NCBI GenBank assembly: GCA_027923505.1
Contig: BROI01000011.1
Span: forward strand, 682,001 to 746,000
Source: Mayamaea pseudoterrestris
Lineage: Eukaryota
Direction: 5' to 3'
Length of the DNA: 64,000 nucleotides
Shown: piece after piece, positions 43,591 through 54,600 of the stretch
How the letters are laid out: each line of letters opens with the position of its first letter
How positions within the stretch are numbered: the stretch's first letter is position 1
The notes under the pieces: generated by a model
What the model saw: only the letters and a program-made list of their open reading frames with translations
The model's database searches: none
Told to the model about the DNA's origin: nothing
Program-made: the position numbers and the translations under genes

Positions 43591-44322
43591 ATGACAGAGT
43601 TCAACAAAAAAGCTTTTTCGGTTGTCGACAAGTTCTTTGAAGACGATGCTGATCCAAAGCAAACGTCAAGCGAGAGAGCCGTAAATGACGTTACGTCGAG
43701 TCGCCCGCAGACTCGAAAGGAACATCGATTCGGTGTTGGTGCTGCACCACAGCCGCCTCAAAACGATAGATCTAAAGTAGACCTCCACAAGCGTATCCTG
43801 CAAGTCGGTGGAAAACGAGGCGCTCAACAACAGGCAGAGGACGACGAAGTTGACAACCACAGCGACGAAGAATACGAGGAAGAGGAGGACGTGGGTCGAA
43901 CGAGTATTGCCGAGCCTTTGAGCAAAAAGCAAAAGCCATTTGTAGGAACAAAAGAGTCAAGAGAGTCGTCGCAGCGGAAGAAAGATACCCGCAAAAATTC
44001 CAAGGCGACTAAAGCTGATTTTGACGCTCATGCTCATGACACCATACCGGTAGAGTCGGCTGTTAACATCAACGACTTTCCTTCCGCCGATGGTCTTGGA
44101 CTTGTCATTGACCGGAAAGGTGTTGACCCCGACTCCGTATTAGATAATGGAGATGCTGGACCGGCGAAACGAAAGCGCAAAAAGGTTCGTAGCAAGCAGA
44201 AGAACATTTACAAGGATAAGCGCGAGAAGAAACCCGATCATTTGATTCCAGGGAGCAAGAATTACAAGGGTAAGCCTTTGACTGCCGAAACGAAGAAGAA
44301 ATTGAATTTACCGACGAAATAG
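43591..44322 (+). CDS. Hypothetical charged, probably nuclear/nucleolar protein, 243 aa
   Basis: Clean ATG ORF; acidic tract, then basic C-terminal KRKRKKVRSKQKNIYKDKR..KPDHL..PLTAETK. Confidence 0.7.
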   Translation: MTEFNKKAFSVVDKFFEDDADPKQTSSERAVNDVTSSRPQTRKEHRFGVGAAPQPPQNDRSKVDLHKRILQVGGKRGAQQQAEDDEVDNHSDEEYEEEEDVGRTSIAEPLSKKQKPFVGTKESRESSQRKKDTRKNSKATKADFDAHAHDTIPVESAVNINDFPSADGLGLVIDRKGVDPDSVLDNGDAGPAKRKRKKVRSKQKNIYKDKREKKPDHLIPGSKNYKGKPLTAETKKKLNLPTK

Positions 44323-44483
44323 GACCATGCTGGAGGAAAGCGTTTTGACACGGGGTACGGTAGGAGTTTGCATCTTTCCGCTGAATTGGCTTAAATATAA
44401 ACGAAGTTAATTGTAAAAGAAACTTTTGCATTGTTTGTAGACCTATTTATTTCATAATGACGACTCGCCGCAACGCCAGCTCT

Positions 44484-44897
44484 TTATTCGATTTCAGCTT
44501 CTTTCTCTAGCCTCGATCGTAAAATTTCGACAATCGCCTTTTTTGTCTTTCTCTCGAGCTTGTCCAACTTGGGCTGAATGTCTCGCTTCAAATCCCAGTT
44601 AATCTTCTTCGGCGCTGCAGCAATAAACGCGTCGGCATTCGATGTTGATGTTTCTGATTGCGCCTTTGAAAGAGCCAACTCGAGAGCTTTCGCGGTGTCA
44701 TCGAGATCATCAGCATCGACTGACTCTGTCTCTTCTAACTTACTCCGCTTGGGAGCTGGCGCCACTGGCTCTGCTTGCGTAACATTTAAAGACTCTGACT
44801 GATGCGTTTTCTGATCATCATTTGGCTTGTTCGCTATGCCTATCCGTCCTGCTCGCGCCGCCAAAGCAGCAATTCGTGCTTTTCGTTCCTCGGCCAT
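44484..44897 (-). CDS. CCDC12: Splicing factor Cwf18/CCDC12
   Basis: N-terminal AEERKARIAAL and C-terminal APKKINWDLKRDIQPKLDKLERKTKKAIVEILRSRL. Confidence 0.88.
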   Translation of the reverse strand: MAEERKARIAALAARAGRIGIANKPNDDQKTHQSESLNVTQAEPVAPAPKRSKLEETESVDADDLDDTAKALELALSKAQSETSTSNADAFIAAAPKKINWDLKRDIQPKLDKLERKTKKAIVEILRSRLEKEAEIE

Positions 44898-45225
44898 TGA
44901 TGATTACTGTGTTCTAGTCGCCACTGAATTGCTTCTTGTCTACAACAAAGTTTTGGCGCTACAAGGTTGTGATAATAAATTGATCAAAGAGATGCTGGTT
45001 GCTGCAGCAGGTACTTGGGATAGGGCGTTCTCGCGAGCAAAATCACATTTGATGTCACATCGGTTTCACTGTACAACCCCAACCTACCGCTGCGGTGCTC
45101 GTCCCGGTAGGTAGCTTCTTATCGACAATGTGTCATTCATTAATCCTTATCAGGCGTCCTCATAACTGAAGTCGACGCCATTCGCTACATAAAATTATCT
45201 CGCGACATAAGCCTCAATACCTTTG

Positions 45226-46985
45226 CTATAAAATTGAGGTTTGAGGGCATCGTTGTTGTTGAGTCAACAATAATTCTTGCTCCAGCATTCGCTGCTTGAT
45301 TTCGATCCACTTGGACCTGGATGTCACACAGTGCGCATGGCCAACGTGCTCCCAATATATAACCTGATGCGGATGTTTGTCCCTTCGTTCATCGTTGCAA
45401 ATGTCTAGCTGCTGCTTCACTTTGGTTGCGTTAATAATCTCGTCGTGTTCCGACAAGGCTACGAGGACATGGATGTGATTGGGCAAATCATTTAACCACA
45501 ATTCGCTATTATACCAAGAAAAGTGGCGACGCAGATAGTGTTCAGTAAGGAGCTCGGAAGCGGCTACCAATCTTATCCTCGAAAGTGTTTTGGCGTAAAG
45601 AAAGTTGTTCTGTGTCAAGAATGGGCCGACCAGCAATTCGTGAGATACCTTGTCTGTGATGGAAGCGGAACCAGTACCAATCACTAACACGTAGTACGTA
45701 CCATGACATCTGGCTCACTTAACAATATAGTAACTGGGTCCAGCAAGGCAATTTGCAATATTCTATCCTGCAACTTGCTCTTGATTAACCACGTGAGCTG
45801 GCACGAACCAAATGAATGACCAATCAACGACAAAGAAGCCGCACCATGACCGGTTCGGCTCAGTATTTCTTCGACGCCATGAACGGTTTCCATCTCCGTC
45901 AATGCATTGAACCCGAGACTGCAGTAGGAAATGGGTGGGCTTTCGAACAGATACGCGGCTCGTCCGTCTCGAATCATATGCAAAATCATGGGAATGTAGA
46001 AGCAAAGTCCTGCGGGGGCAATGCCGTGAAAAAATAGCACTGGCAATAGCGTCGCTGCATGTGAGTCGCCGGTATTTGCTCGAGCAGGACGATGCCAGGC
46101 CACCAAATTAGAATGACTTTGGATGAGACGAAAGCCTAAAATGATCAAGATGAGATTGCACAAAATTGTCTTGATCAACCAGACAGCCATGTACACAAAA
46201 AGCGGTCGATGAATAGGACTAAGACTCTCCAAGGAGAGTCTCCTCGGCTTGTAAAAGCATGCTTGAGAGTCATTACTGAGTCCATCATCGAAAGAGAGAC
46301 CAAGACACTCGTCCTCTATAATCGTATAAAAGGCTTCCAATTCAGTCGTTTCGGCACGGGAAAGACAATCCGGTTCCCTGCCAAAGAAAGCCCAAGCAAA
46401 GAACAAATCCATGTCCAGTTTTGAGAGTCCGCGAATGGTCCAGCAGTTGTTGACTGGTTCTGATAATGATATCACATAGTCGTCGCAGTAGTTGCTCCGA
46501 TCGCTGCCGCTATCTTGCTCATCTATGGCTACGTTGCTATCTATACTGCTTGAATCAAGCAATGACGTGTTTGATCTTGTCAACCTTGGAATGGATAGCA
46601 GGACAGTTGCTTTACTTTTCGTCGGTTGCACAGGACCATTTTTTGCTGCCTTTGATGATTTCTCGTTAAGCTCATTTCTTCGACAAGGCTGCTCACTCGT
46701 CACTTCCTGCTTCTGAAACCATTGCAAGATAAACTCTTGAACAACTTCCTTGTACTCTTGATCTGTTCGTTTTGTTGCCTTGCAAGTGTGCCGAATGCGA
46801 GCAAGAATTCGTTGAAGCAATTTTCGCCGCTCCCCAATAGGATAGTCGCGATACGCATGAGGTTCAGTCCGTCGATTCGCTCTAGGTACAAGCAAATTGT
46901 GAAATACGAGGTAGAAGAGTAACTCAATAGCGAGAATGAAGCAAGAGGCAATTATTGTAAGTGTCATTTCTGCTTGCAAAATCAT
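45226..46985 (-). CDS. Membrane-anchored alpha/beta-hydrolase, ~555 aa; exons 46985-45702, 45609-45226
   Basis: VLFFHGI, LIGHSFGS nucleophile elbow, LLDPVTILL; intron 45610-45701 (atg|gtacgt...acacag|aac) gives PDVM-NNFLY; VALSEHDEI and VGHA supply Asp and His. Confidence 0.85.
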
Positions 46986-47430
46986 GGTCTCGCAATGTAT
47001 GTGTCGGTGGATGACGAGAGTAAGGCAGTTGCGCCTCGAAGTCGGCCCCCAACCTTTCGATACCTTCAAAAAGCTTGTCAAAAAGGTCCTAGAACTTTGA
47101 AGACCATTATTTAAGTACCTTACTTTCCACAGATCAACGTAGCCCTGACTTGATTGTGAGAGTGTCGAACGTCGGTTTGCCGTCGCTTGTGTCGAGGATG
47201 CAGATGTTGCTTGAAACGTCAAAACGCGCCGGCCGATCCAAGATTTGTGTCGTAGCGCGAATTCTCACTTTTTGTGACGCACGCCGCGCGACTTTTCCTG
47301 CACGTCCATTCATTCTTCGTCGTCGCTTCTTCCTCCTTGATCCGTTTTCGAAAGGTCATTGCCTCGACAAGGACAGTAGATTCGTCCAAGCAAATCTAGC
47401 CATCATTTACTTTAATCCGACAGAGCAATC

Positions 47431-49134
47431 ATGGAAATCAATGCCAACACTAGAGTCTCTGTCAAGAAGCCAATGTCTGCTGCGGCAGCTACACCAGCCA
47501 AGAAAATGGGCGGGCCATCCATGGCGGCGAGCAACGGCAAGAAACCGGCGGCAGCTCGACGTGGGTCAATGGCACCTCCACTGAAAGCCACCATTACAGC
47601 AGACGAAATCAAAGCATACTCGCAGTCACCTCAAAATGTGCTGGACGTTTTGTTTCAGCAAGGCGTTCTAGGCGAACCATCATCGCTTCACTTGGGCAAA
47701 CCACATGCGGCGTCAACGACGCGCGATCGCGCCATTGCAGCGGCCAATCTGGCAACCTTGGCGAAGCAAGTTTCACTCAAGTTTGTTTTGAAAGAATGTA
47801 GAATTATGCAGCAAATGGAATCCATCTTGCTTTCACAAGGAATTGAAGCTGCTTTGAGTTTTGGATGTTTGGATGACGAAAGCAACAATGGCACGACCAA
47901 TAGCTTGAAACCATCAACATCGGCACTTAGTTTGGTGAGCATGGATACGGTGACAACCACTGGATCGATTGGGACTGACAGCAAGCGAGGAAAGTCGACG
48001 CCGGCTAATGCCCGAGAAGGGTGCTTGCTACTTTTGCGCGCCCTTTGTCAAATTGTTGGCCGACCCATTGAACCTTACGTGGTTGGTCCATTCCTCGCGT
48101 CAGCCTTGGATGAATGCGCGAGTGCGACTGGATCGGTTCGCGAGGCCGCCGAGGATGCGTCCGCTGCCATTGTCGCCTTGGCGAGTCAATGGGCCTATCC
48201 GAGCATTCTCCATCCATTACTGCTGCAGGCACTTAAGTCAACAGAATGGCGCATCAAGGCCGCTGCCTTGGAGCGATTTGAACAATGCGCATCTACAGCT
48301 CCTGGGCCCGTGCATAAACTCATTCCCGATTTGATTCCAGCGCTTGCAAACCAAGTGTGGGACACCAAGGCTCAGGTTAGCAAGGCGGCTCGAGGGGCCC
48401 TTTTGGCCGTCTGCGGCACCAATACCAACCGCGACATTGAGCCAACTGTTCCAGCCGTCGTCAATGCCATTTGTAAGCCATCCGATACCAATAAGGCGGT
48501 TGGCGACCTCATGGGCACAACATTTGTCGTTCCAGTGGATGCGTCGACGCTTGCCATTCTGTGTCCAGTCCTGGCAAGGGCATTGAAGGAGAAGCTTGCC
48601 ATCCACAAGCGCGCAGCCTGCATTGTCATTGCTAACATGAGCAAGCTTATTGAAGAGCCAGCAGCGATTGCTCCTTTTAGTTCGCTGTTGGTTCCTGAGC
48701 TGAAGAAAGTGTCTCTCAATGTTCAGTTCACCGAAATTCGAGACGAGGCTTTGAAGGCCCTGGCTAGCTTGACGGCAGCGCTCGGCGATCAGTACGAGGA
48801 AGCAGAGGACGCCACGCCAGTGGCGGAGGAGATTCAAGCAATGGCGGACGAAGTTGACGCCGAGCAGCGTCGCATCAAAGAGGAGAAGGAAGCTGAAGAA
48901 CGCAAGGAGGAAGAATTGAAGAGAAAAGAGGCCGAGGAGAGGCAACGGTTTAAAGAAGCCATGGACGCACAGCGTCAACTTGATGTTCTTGCCGCAAACG
49001 AAGCCGAGCAACAACGAAAAGATGAGGAGATTAAACGAGAAGGCCAGAAGCGGAGCACAAAAGACCCATCAGGAAAATGTCAGTCGTGTGGATTGAAGAA
49101 GTGCAGAAAGACTTGCATGTTCTATTCGGAGTAG
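47431..49134 (+). CDS. eEF3/GCN1-type HEAT-repeat protein lacking ABC domains
   Basis: EWRIKAAAL, LIPALANQVWDTKAQV, NRDIEPTVP, LMGTTFVVPVDASTLAILCPVLARAL, VIANMSKLIEEP..IAPF parallel the fungal eEF3 N-terminal HEAT region; followed by an E/K coiled coil and CxxC..CxxxC. Confidence 0.8.
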   Translation: MEINANTRVSVKKPMSAAAATPAKKMGGPSMAASNGKKPAAARRGSMAPPLKATITADEIKAYSQSPQNVLDVLFQQGVLGEPSSLHLGKPHAASTTRDRAIAAANLATLAKQVSLKFVLKECRIMQQMESILLSQGIEAALSFGCLDDESNNGTTNSLKPSTSALSLVSMDTVTTTGSIGTDSKRGKSTPANAREGCLLLLRALCQIVGRPIEPYVVGPFLASALDECASATGSVREAAEDASAAIVALASQWAYPSILHPLLLQALKSTEWRIKAAALERFEQCASTAPGPVHKLIPDLIPALANQVWDTKAQVSKAARGALLAVCGTNTNRDIEPTVPAVVNAICKPSDTNKAVGDLMGTTFVVPVDASTLAILCPVLARALKEKLAIHKRAACIVIANMSKLIEEPAAIAPFSSLLVPELKKVSLNVQFTEIRDEALKALASLTAALGDQYEEAEDATPVAEEIQAMADEVDAEQRRIKEEKEAEERKEEELKRKEAEERQRFKEAMDAQRQLDVLAANEAEQQRKDEEIKREGQKRSTKDPSGKCQSCGLKKCRKTCMFYSE

Positions 49135-49258
49135 GAAAATTTTGCTACATTCCTTTTTCAGCCGATGGTTGCAAGCATTGAGCGTCAGTTTAAATATTGT
49201 AAGCGCTCCGGCTCGAGAAAAAATTAATAGACTGCTGCATTTGCTTTATTATAGTAAA

Positions 49259-51037
49259 CTAATCTTTCTTGGGCGGTAGCTTGGTAATTTTGCCAATCGC
49301 TATCGTCTTTCCCTCTGTCCGTAGAGTAAAGCGGCCAAGAAAGGCCATGTGATCATACGTCTCCAACGGAATCGTCTGACCGAGCTCAAGCATGACAACT
49401 GCTTTCATTCCAACCGTCGCAAATTGCGCCTGTTTGTTAGTTACACCTTTGGCGCTAGTCGCCTCAAAAATCTTGACAACCGTGCATTCTTCTTCCTCGG
49501 TGTGAGCGTGGAACATGCACTGAAAGCCAGCTGTCATGACACGCATCTTGTCAGGCATGTCAGCGATTGCTATCTGAGCAATAATCTTGTTGACGGCTCG
49601 ACAAGGAGGATCGGTGCAAATGACATAGCCACGACGAATGTCTTCAACCTTGGCACCATTAAGCTTCACTAAAACGTTTTCACCGGGTCGCGCCAGAGAA
49701 ACAAGATCTTCGTTCGAGTAAACCTCGTCCACCTTGTATACAGCGCGAGTGGGCATGACCGTCACCTTCATACCAGGACGAATTGTACCACTCTCAACCT
49801 TGCCCATGGCAATCGTCCCTCGGTCGGCGTAGCGATCGAGCACAGGAACTCGTAGCGGAGCCTTTTCGTCGCGCTCTGCCAATACCAACGAGTCCAGCAG
49901 CGACAAAAGTGTCGGACTGTCCGTGTTGTTTTCGTTGCTCGTGTGACAACCCTTCCACCATGGACACGCCGATGGGTCTACTTCATCCTTGATATTGGCT
50001 CCGCTTAACGCAGAAATTGGTATGAACTTAACTTCGCGCTTGATTGTAAATCCGCAACCTTTCAAAAAGGGTCGAATCTTGGTGACGCATTCGTCAAACC
50101 GCGCCTTGTCCCATTGCACCGTCGGCTCGTCCATCTTGTTGACTGCGACAATCAGATATGATACACCCAAAGTTTTGGCAAGCAGCGCATGCTCCCGCGT
50201 CTGACCTCCACGATCAAATCCAGTCTCAAACTCTCCCTTACGCGCCGAAATGACCAAGATGCCCACATCCGCTTGACTCGCTCCTTGAATCATGTTTGGT
50301 ACATAGTTTTTATGTCCAGGCGCATCAAGAATCGTGTATCGCTTCGCTTCCGTGTCAAAGTGCGCCTTGCCGACTTCAACAGTGATGCCCTTGGCGCGCT
50401 CCTCCTCGTTCGTGTCCATAATAAAGGCCAAGAACCATGACTCGCGGTTGCGCTCCTTGGCTTCGCGCTCGTAGCGCTCAATCGTGCGCTTGTCCACATT
50501 GTCGGTCAAGTACAATATATTGCCACTCAAAGTCGACTTTCCGGCATCAACGTGACCAATGAAAACAAGGTTCAAGTGATCGCGGGGGTCTCCCTCTTTC
50601 ACGTCAGCGGAAACTTGCTGCTCGTCACCGTCGTCGTCAACAACTTGAGCATCGCCTGCAACTGGCGCTTCGTTAGCGTCTTTTGCAGAAACAGTGACCT
50701 TCTCCTCCACTTGTTCAGATAGTTTGTTAACTTGGTTATTATCATCGTCCCAAGCTCCGCCACTCGGTGAATCGCCAGCCAAAAGCTCATCGATTTCAGG
50801 ATACTTGGAAAGTTGATCTGGATCCTCCAGCATTCGTTGCGCCCGCGCGCGATCACCATTGGCAATCTTCAAGACAGCCTGCCATAAAGGATCATTCTCA
50901 TCTACATGATCAGCAGCATGAGACGTTGTCTCTTCTGTAGCAGCGGGAGCCGGAGGAGGTGGCGTGACAATGCCTTGACCTGGGACAAATGTTCCAGCCG
51001 CCGTCGATGGAACCCACATGCCAGCGTTGGGATTCAT
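49259..51037 (-). CDS. SUP35: Eukaryotic peptide chain release factor GTP-binding subunit eRF3
   Basis: HLNLVFIGHVDAGKST, YEREAKERNRESWFLAFIMDTNEEERAKGITVEVG, DAPGHKNYVPNMI, VAVNKMD, LGRFTLRTEGKTIAIGK; N-terminal PAM2-like MNPNAGMWVP/TAAGTFVP. Confidence 0.96.
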   Translation of the reverse strand: MNPNAGMWVPSTAAGTFVPGQGIVTPPPPAPAATEETTSHAADHVDENDPLWQAVLKIANGDRARAQRMLEDPDQLSKYPEIDELLAGDSPSGGAWDDDNNQVNKLSEQVEEKVTVSAKDANEAPVAGDAQVVDDDGDEQQVSADVKEGDPRDHLNLVFIGHVDAGKSTLSGNILYLTDNVDKRTIERYEREAKERNRESWFLAFIMDTNEEERAKGITVEVGKAHFDTEAKRYTILDAPGHKNYVPNMIQGASQADVGILVISARKGEFETGFDRGGQTREHALLAKTLGVSYLIVAVNKMDEPTVQWDKARFDECVTKIRPFLKGCGFTIKREVKFIPISALSGANIKDEVDPSACPWWKGCHTSNENNTDSPTLLSLLDSLVLAERDEKAPLRVPVLDRYADRGTIAMGKVESGTIRPGMKVTVMPTRAVYKVDEVYSNEDLVSLARPGENVLVKLNGAKVEDIRRGYVICTDPPCRAVNKIIAQIAIADMPDKMRVMTAGFQCMFHAHTEEEECTVVKIFEATSAKGVTNKQAQFATVGMKAVVMLELGQTIPLETYDHMAFLGRFTLRTEGKTIAIGKITKLPPKKD

Positions 51038-51038
51038 G

Positions 51039-51275
51039 CTAGGAAGATTTTGAGCAACGATTTAAGTCAACAGAACGAATCGAAAATCTGCGAAAAGGCA
51101 AAAATGGGATGAGTATGTAAGTTTCACCATTATGTTGCGCTTGAAGCAGTGTGTGTGACAGCAGCATCGAAAGCAAAAGACTCGCTCGTGCCAACAGCTA
51201 GACGGCTTCACAGGCGGCTCCGCTATGCACTTCCCTTGTTTCGTACATCCTTCATTATCATTTATTGATACTTAC
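51039..51275 (-). other. Probable 5'-UTR intron of eRF3
   Basis: Minus-strand donor ag|gtaagt at 51275 and acceptor ttcctag| one base before the ATG; an in-frame TAA upstream argues against a coding first exon. Confidence 0.5.
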
Positions 51276-51691
51276 CTATGTTATGAACTAATGATGGTCG
51301 CCCCAGACGTCGCTTGTCTTGATGGCGCTTGGTTTCGACTTTCGACTCGTTTGCGGTCGACCACCACACAAAATATTCAGGACTATTTCAGCTCCATTTT
51401 TTGAACTTTAACTATTACTGAATTACTATACCGATGCTCCTTTTTCGTCCTAGCTAGATCACACTCAAAGCAGCAAAATCTTGTTGCATACCTCGTTTAA
51501 TAAGCTGCTCCATATTTGTCGAGCCAATTAAAATTTTTTGGTGCTTGCCGAGTAGATTAATATGTAGCTATGTACTACGAACGTCCTATTTTACTTCAAA
51601 GTAACTCCACTATTCATTGGATATACCTTTAATGACCGTCCCCTATTAACAATAGTTCGTTAAAGTAGCATTAACGCTCGCTACTATGCGA

Positions 51692-54600
51692 CTAGTTCGG
51701 CTCATCCATCACTGCGCGAAGCGAACGCTCGTAAAAGTCCAACTGCTGACACATTTCCTCGCCAGCAGATCGGAAAAGATCACGGAGAGCTGGGTCCAAA
51801 TGACGTTTCACAGGCTCTGGACCCCCACCAAAGCGCTGAACGCTAGTTGGAGCCGAGATAGGTTGACTGTTTTGCTGCATGCGATCTTTCATGCGGTCGC
51901 GGAAGCGTTTCTTTACATTATCCAAATTATTTCGATCAGATTGACCATCTTGTTCCTCATGCATACTCTCGTCATCGTCAACTTCGTCGTGCCGGTGCAT
52001 TGCGAAACGTTGCGCAAGTTTAACAGTGTGAGACCTGTCAACAGGCGAGAAGGACGACTCACTTTGCAGGTCGTTTAACTTCTGCTGCAACTGTTCCAAT
52101 TCGCGTTGCTTTTGCTCTTGGAACATGCGCGCTTGTTGCTTCAATAATAGCGCCTCGCGTGCAGCAATTTGAGCTTTGACTTCAGCCCGCTGAGCACGTC
52201 GCGCCCAAACAGCCCTCTCGCGCTCTTCCATGGCATGCCAGTAGGCCGAATCATGTTCGGAGATGTAAGAGCTTTCGTACGTCATAATTGAAGAAGCACC
52301 GGCAAATGATTCCGTATCCATCTTGCTCAACAAATGTTCATACTTCTGAACCAACTTTTCAATGCGCTCCCGGACAAGGTTAAATGATTGTTCCGCCTGT
52401 ACTAACTCCCGGGATATCGTTTTCACGTCTTCCATTGATCCGAGGTAAGCCACTTCAGCGTCTGTCATCATCCCATCGCCAACGTCACCTTCGGCAGCGA
52501 GCTGCTCCTCCGCCTCCAGCTGGCGTCTCGTTGCATCGTTCAATTCAAGGCGAAGCTCCGCACATCTCTCGTTTGTAAGCTTGAGCAGCATGCTCTGGCA
52601 GTCGCCGATGGTAAACATGTCAACACCCCTCATATGTCGCGGTCCTAGGGAAGGACATCGAAACTGGTTAAAGGTGGCATCGTCCATCCATTCGACAGGC
52701 TCCCACCAGTACTGCATTGAAGAGTTCGGGTAAAAGCTGCCGCAGCTTGACATGCTGTCGTTTACTCGACCGTTAGGACGACTTGGCCGTCGAATGAAAA
52801 AGGTATGCTCGTGTCGACCTGTCAACAATGCAGAAGTTATGACATCCTTAGGACTGGTCCCATCTCTCCACGCCTTGCTCACAATGACAGCGTCGCGTAT
52901 GCGATGTGCCATCCGATTGTAGGCAGTTAATATAAGATCGTCAACAACGACGGTACCGCCACGCCTCTCCAACCCGCGCTCAATATCTTTCTCCATGATT
53001 CTGCTGCGCATTTCAAACAATGCAAACGCCTTGTGCTCGTCTTCCTCCTTCTCAAACTCCTCCAGAGAAATCTTTACATTCACCTTGTCGGAAAATTTTC
53101 GGTATGTTCGCACCAACAGCTTCATATGCGCTGGATCAATCGCGTATTCCGACGATCCATCTGTCACGGGAGACGGTCGATCTAGTTCATAGGGATCAGT
53201 AAAGAGTGAAGACCCAGATTCGCTCCCACCACTAACTTGCCGCCTAGCTGTTGGCGACGAAAAGTTGGACTGAATGCCGAGCAGTGAACTGCTGTGCTTC
53301 AGTCCAGCAACCATCATGTCTTCATAGGCAGGAGTCGAAGCAAAACCAAACTGATCAATATCGCTGTTCGTTAAATTGTCATCATAATCGCTAGCAGTCT
53401 TACGGTCAGTAAAGTCTTTTTTACTCGTTTGAATAGCAGTCAACCCACCGCCGAGCAAGACGATTTGAACATCTTCCTCTTCCTCCTCGGCAATGCTTTC
53501 CGGATAAGACCCTCTCGATCGACTCGATCGTCGAGGTGAAAGTGAGTTTCTGGATCGTGCATCTAAATGGGAAAGATCATCAAAAACATCTGAATCCTTC
53601 GCGCTTACTCCATCAAAGACGTCAGATTCGTCGTCATGGTCTAACAATTGAGGAGCGCCAATCTCTTCTTGCTCGTCAAAGGCCACAATTCGACGCGGCG
53701 ACCGCTCAAAGCTTACGACGCTGCGAGCTGGAGGGTCGGGATGAATGTGCAACGTTGTTTGCGGCAGCGAAGATGAAAAGGTCGACGTAGCCTTGGACGA
53801 AGTCATGCTTTCCGAGTCAGCATCGTCCATGAGACAAGGCACGTCTCTCGTTTTATCTACAAGGCCTCGAAATTTCTGCGAATTAGCAAACGCTCGAGAG
53901 GCAGGAGGAGCAACACGTTCATTGGCAGCCAATGCTTCTCGTGTCGGAGGTAACACAATATTGGAATCAACCATTCGTTCCCTAGTGCCATAGGGATCAT
54001 AATCTACTGGATTCGAGTACACTGATGTCTTTTTATATCCGGACGAAACAGTCGCTGAAATTCCAAGGCCCTCATGTTGTTGCGTTGCAAAGTGACGCGA
54101 GCCATCAAAATCGACAAACGGCTCGGGCTCGCTCCTCGTAGCACCGGCAAATACAATTCCTTGGGGATCAGCCGCTTGCCGCTTTTGAATCAGTGATCGA
54201 ACGTTAACTCGCGGAGGTTGTTGCCGATGCGCCAGCTCTGCCCGTGCAGTTGGATGAGACTTAAACTCGGGCGATGAATAGTGGTTACTAGTGCCAGCAA
54301 TCGCGTCGGCCAAGTCAAACATGTCACTATACTCTTGCCGTCGTTGCTGCCGCGGCTCCATGCGACGAGCCTGCATTTCTTCCTCTGTCTCAATCTGTAC
54401 TTGGTCACGTTGCAATCTAGCCGGCGACTTTGAAAAGCTGCTATTGATAGTGGTGATGCTTTCAAAGCTCACGTCGACACCAGGTGCTACCGACACGAAA
54501 GGCTTCGTCATCATCATTTCAGGCCACTGCGTACCTACGTCATTATGAAGAACGTCGTCTCCCTCGTCATCCTCCTGCTGATAGCTGTCATCGTTAAAGG

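Noticed and set aside
43591..51037. Functional gene cluster (RNA processing and translation genes near each other)
   Set aside because: Housekeeping genes are interleaved with unrelated ones such as the hydrolase; nothing in the sequence indicates co-regulation beyond chance adjacency.
51380..51690. AT-rich stretch as a possible diatom centromere-like low-GC island
   Set aside because: Only ~300 bp and explained as 3' UTR/terminator plus the eRF3 promoter; similar AT-rich tails follow most genes here.
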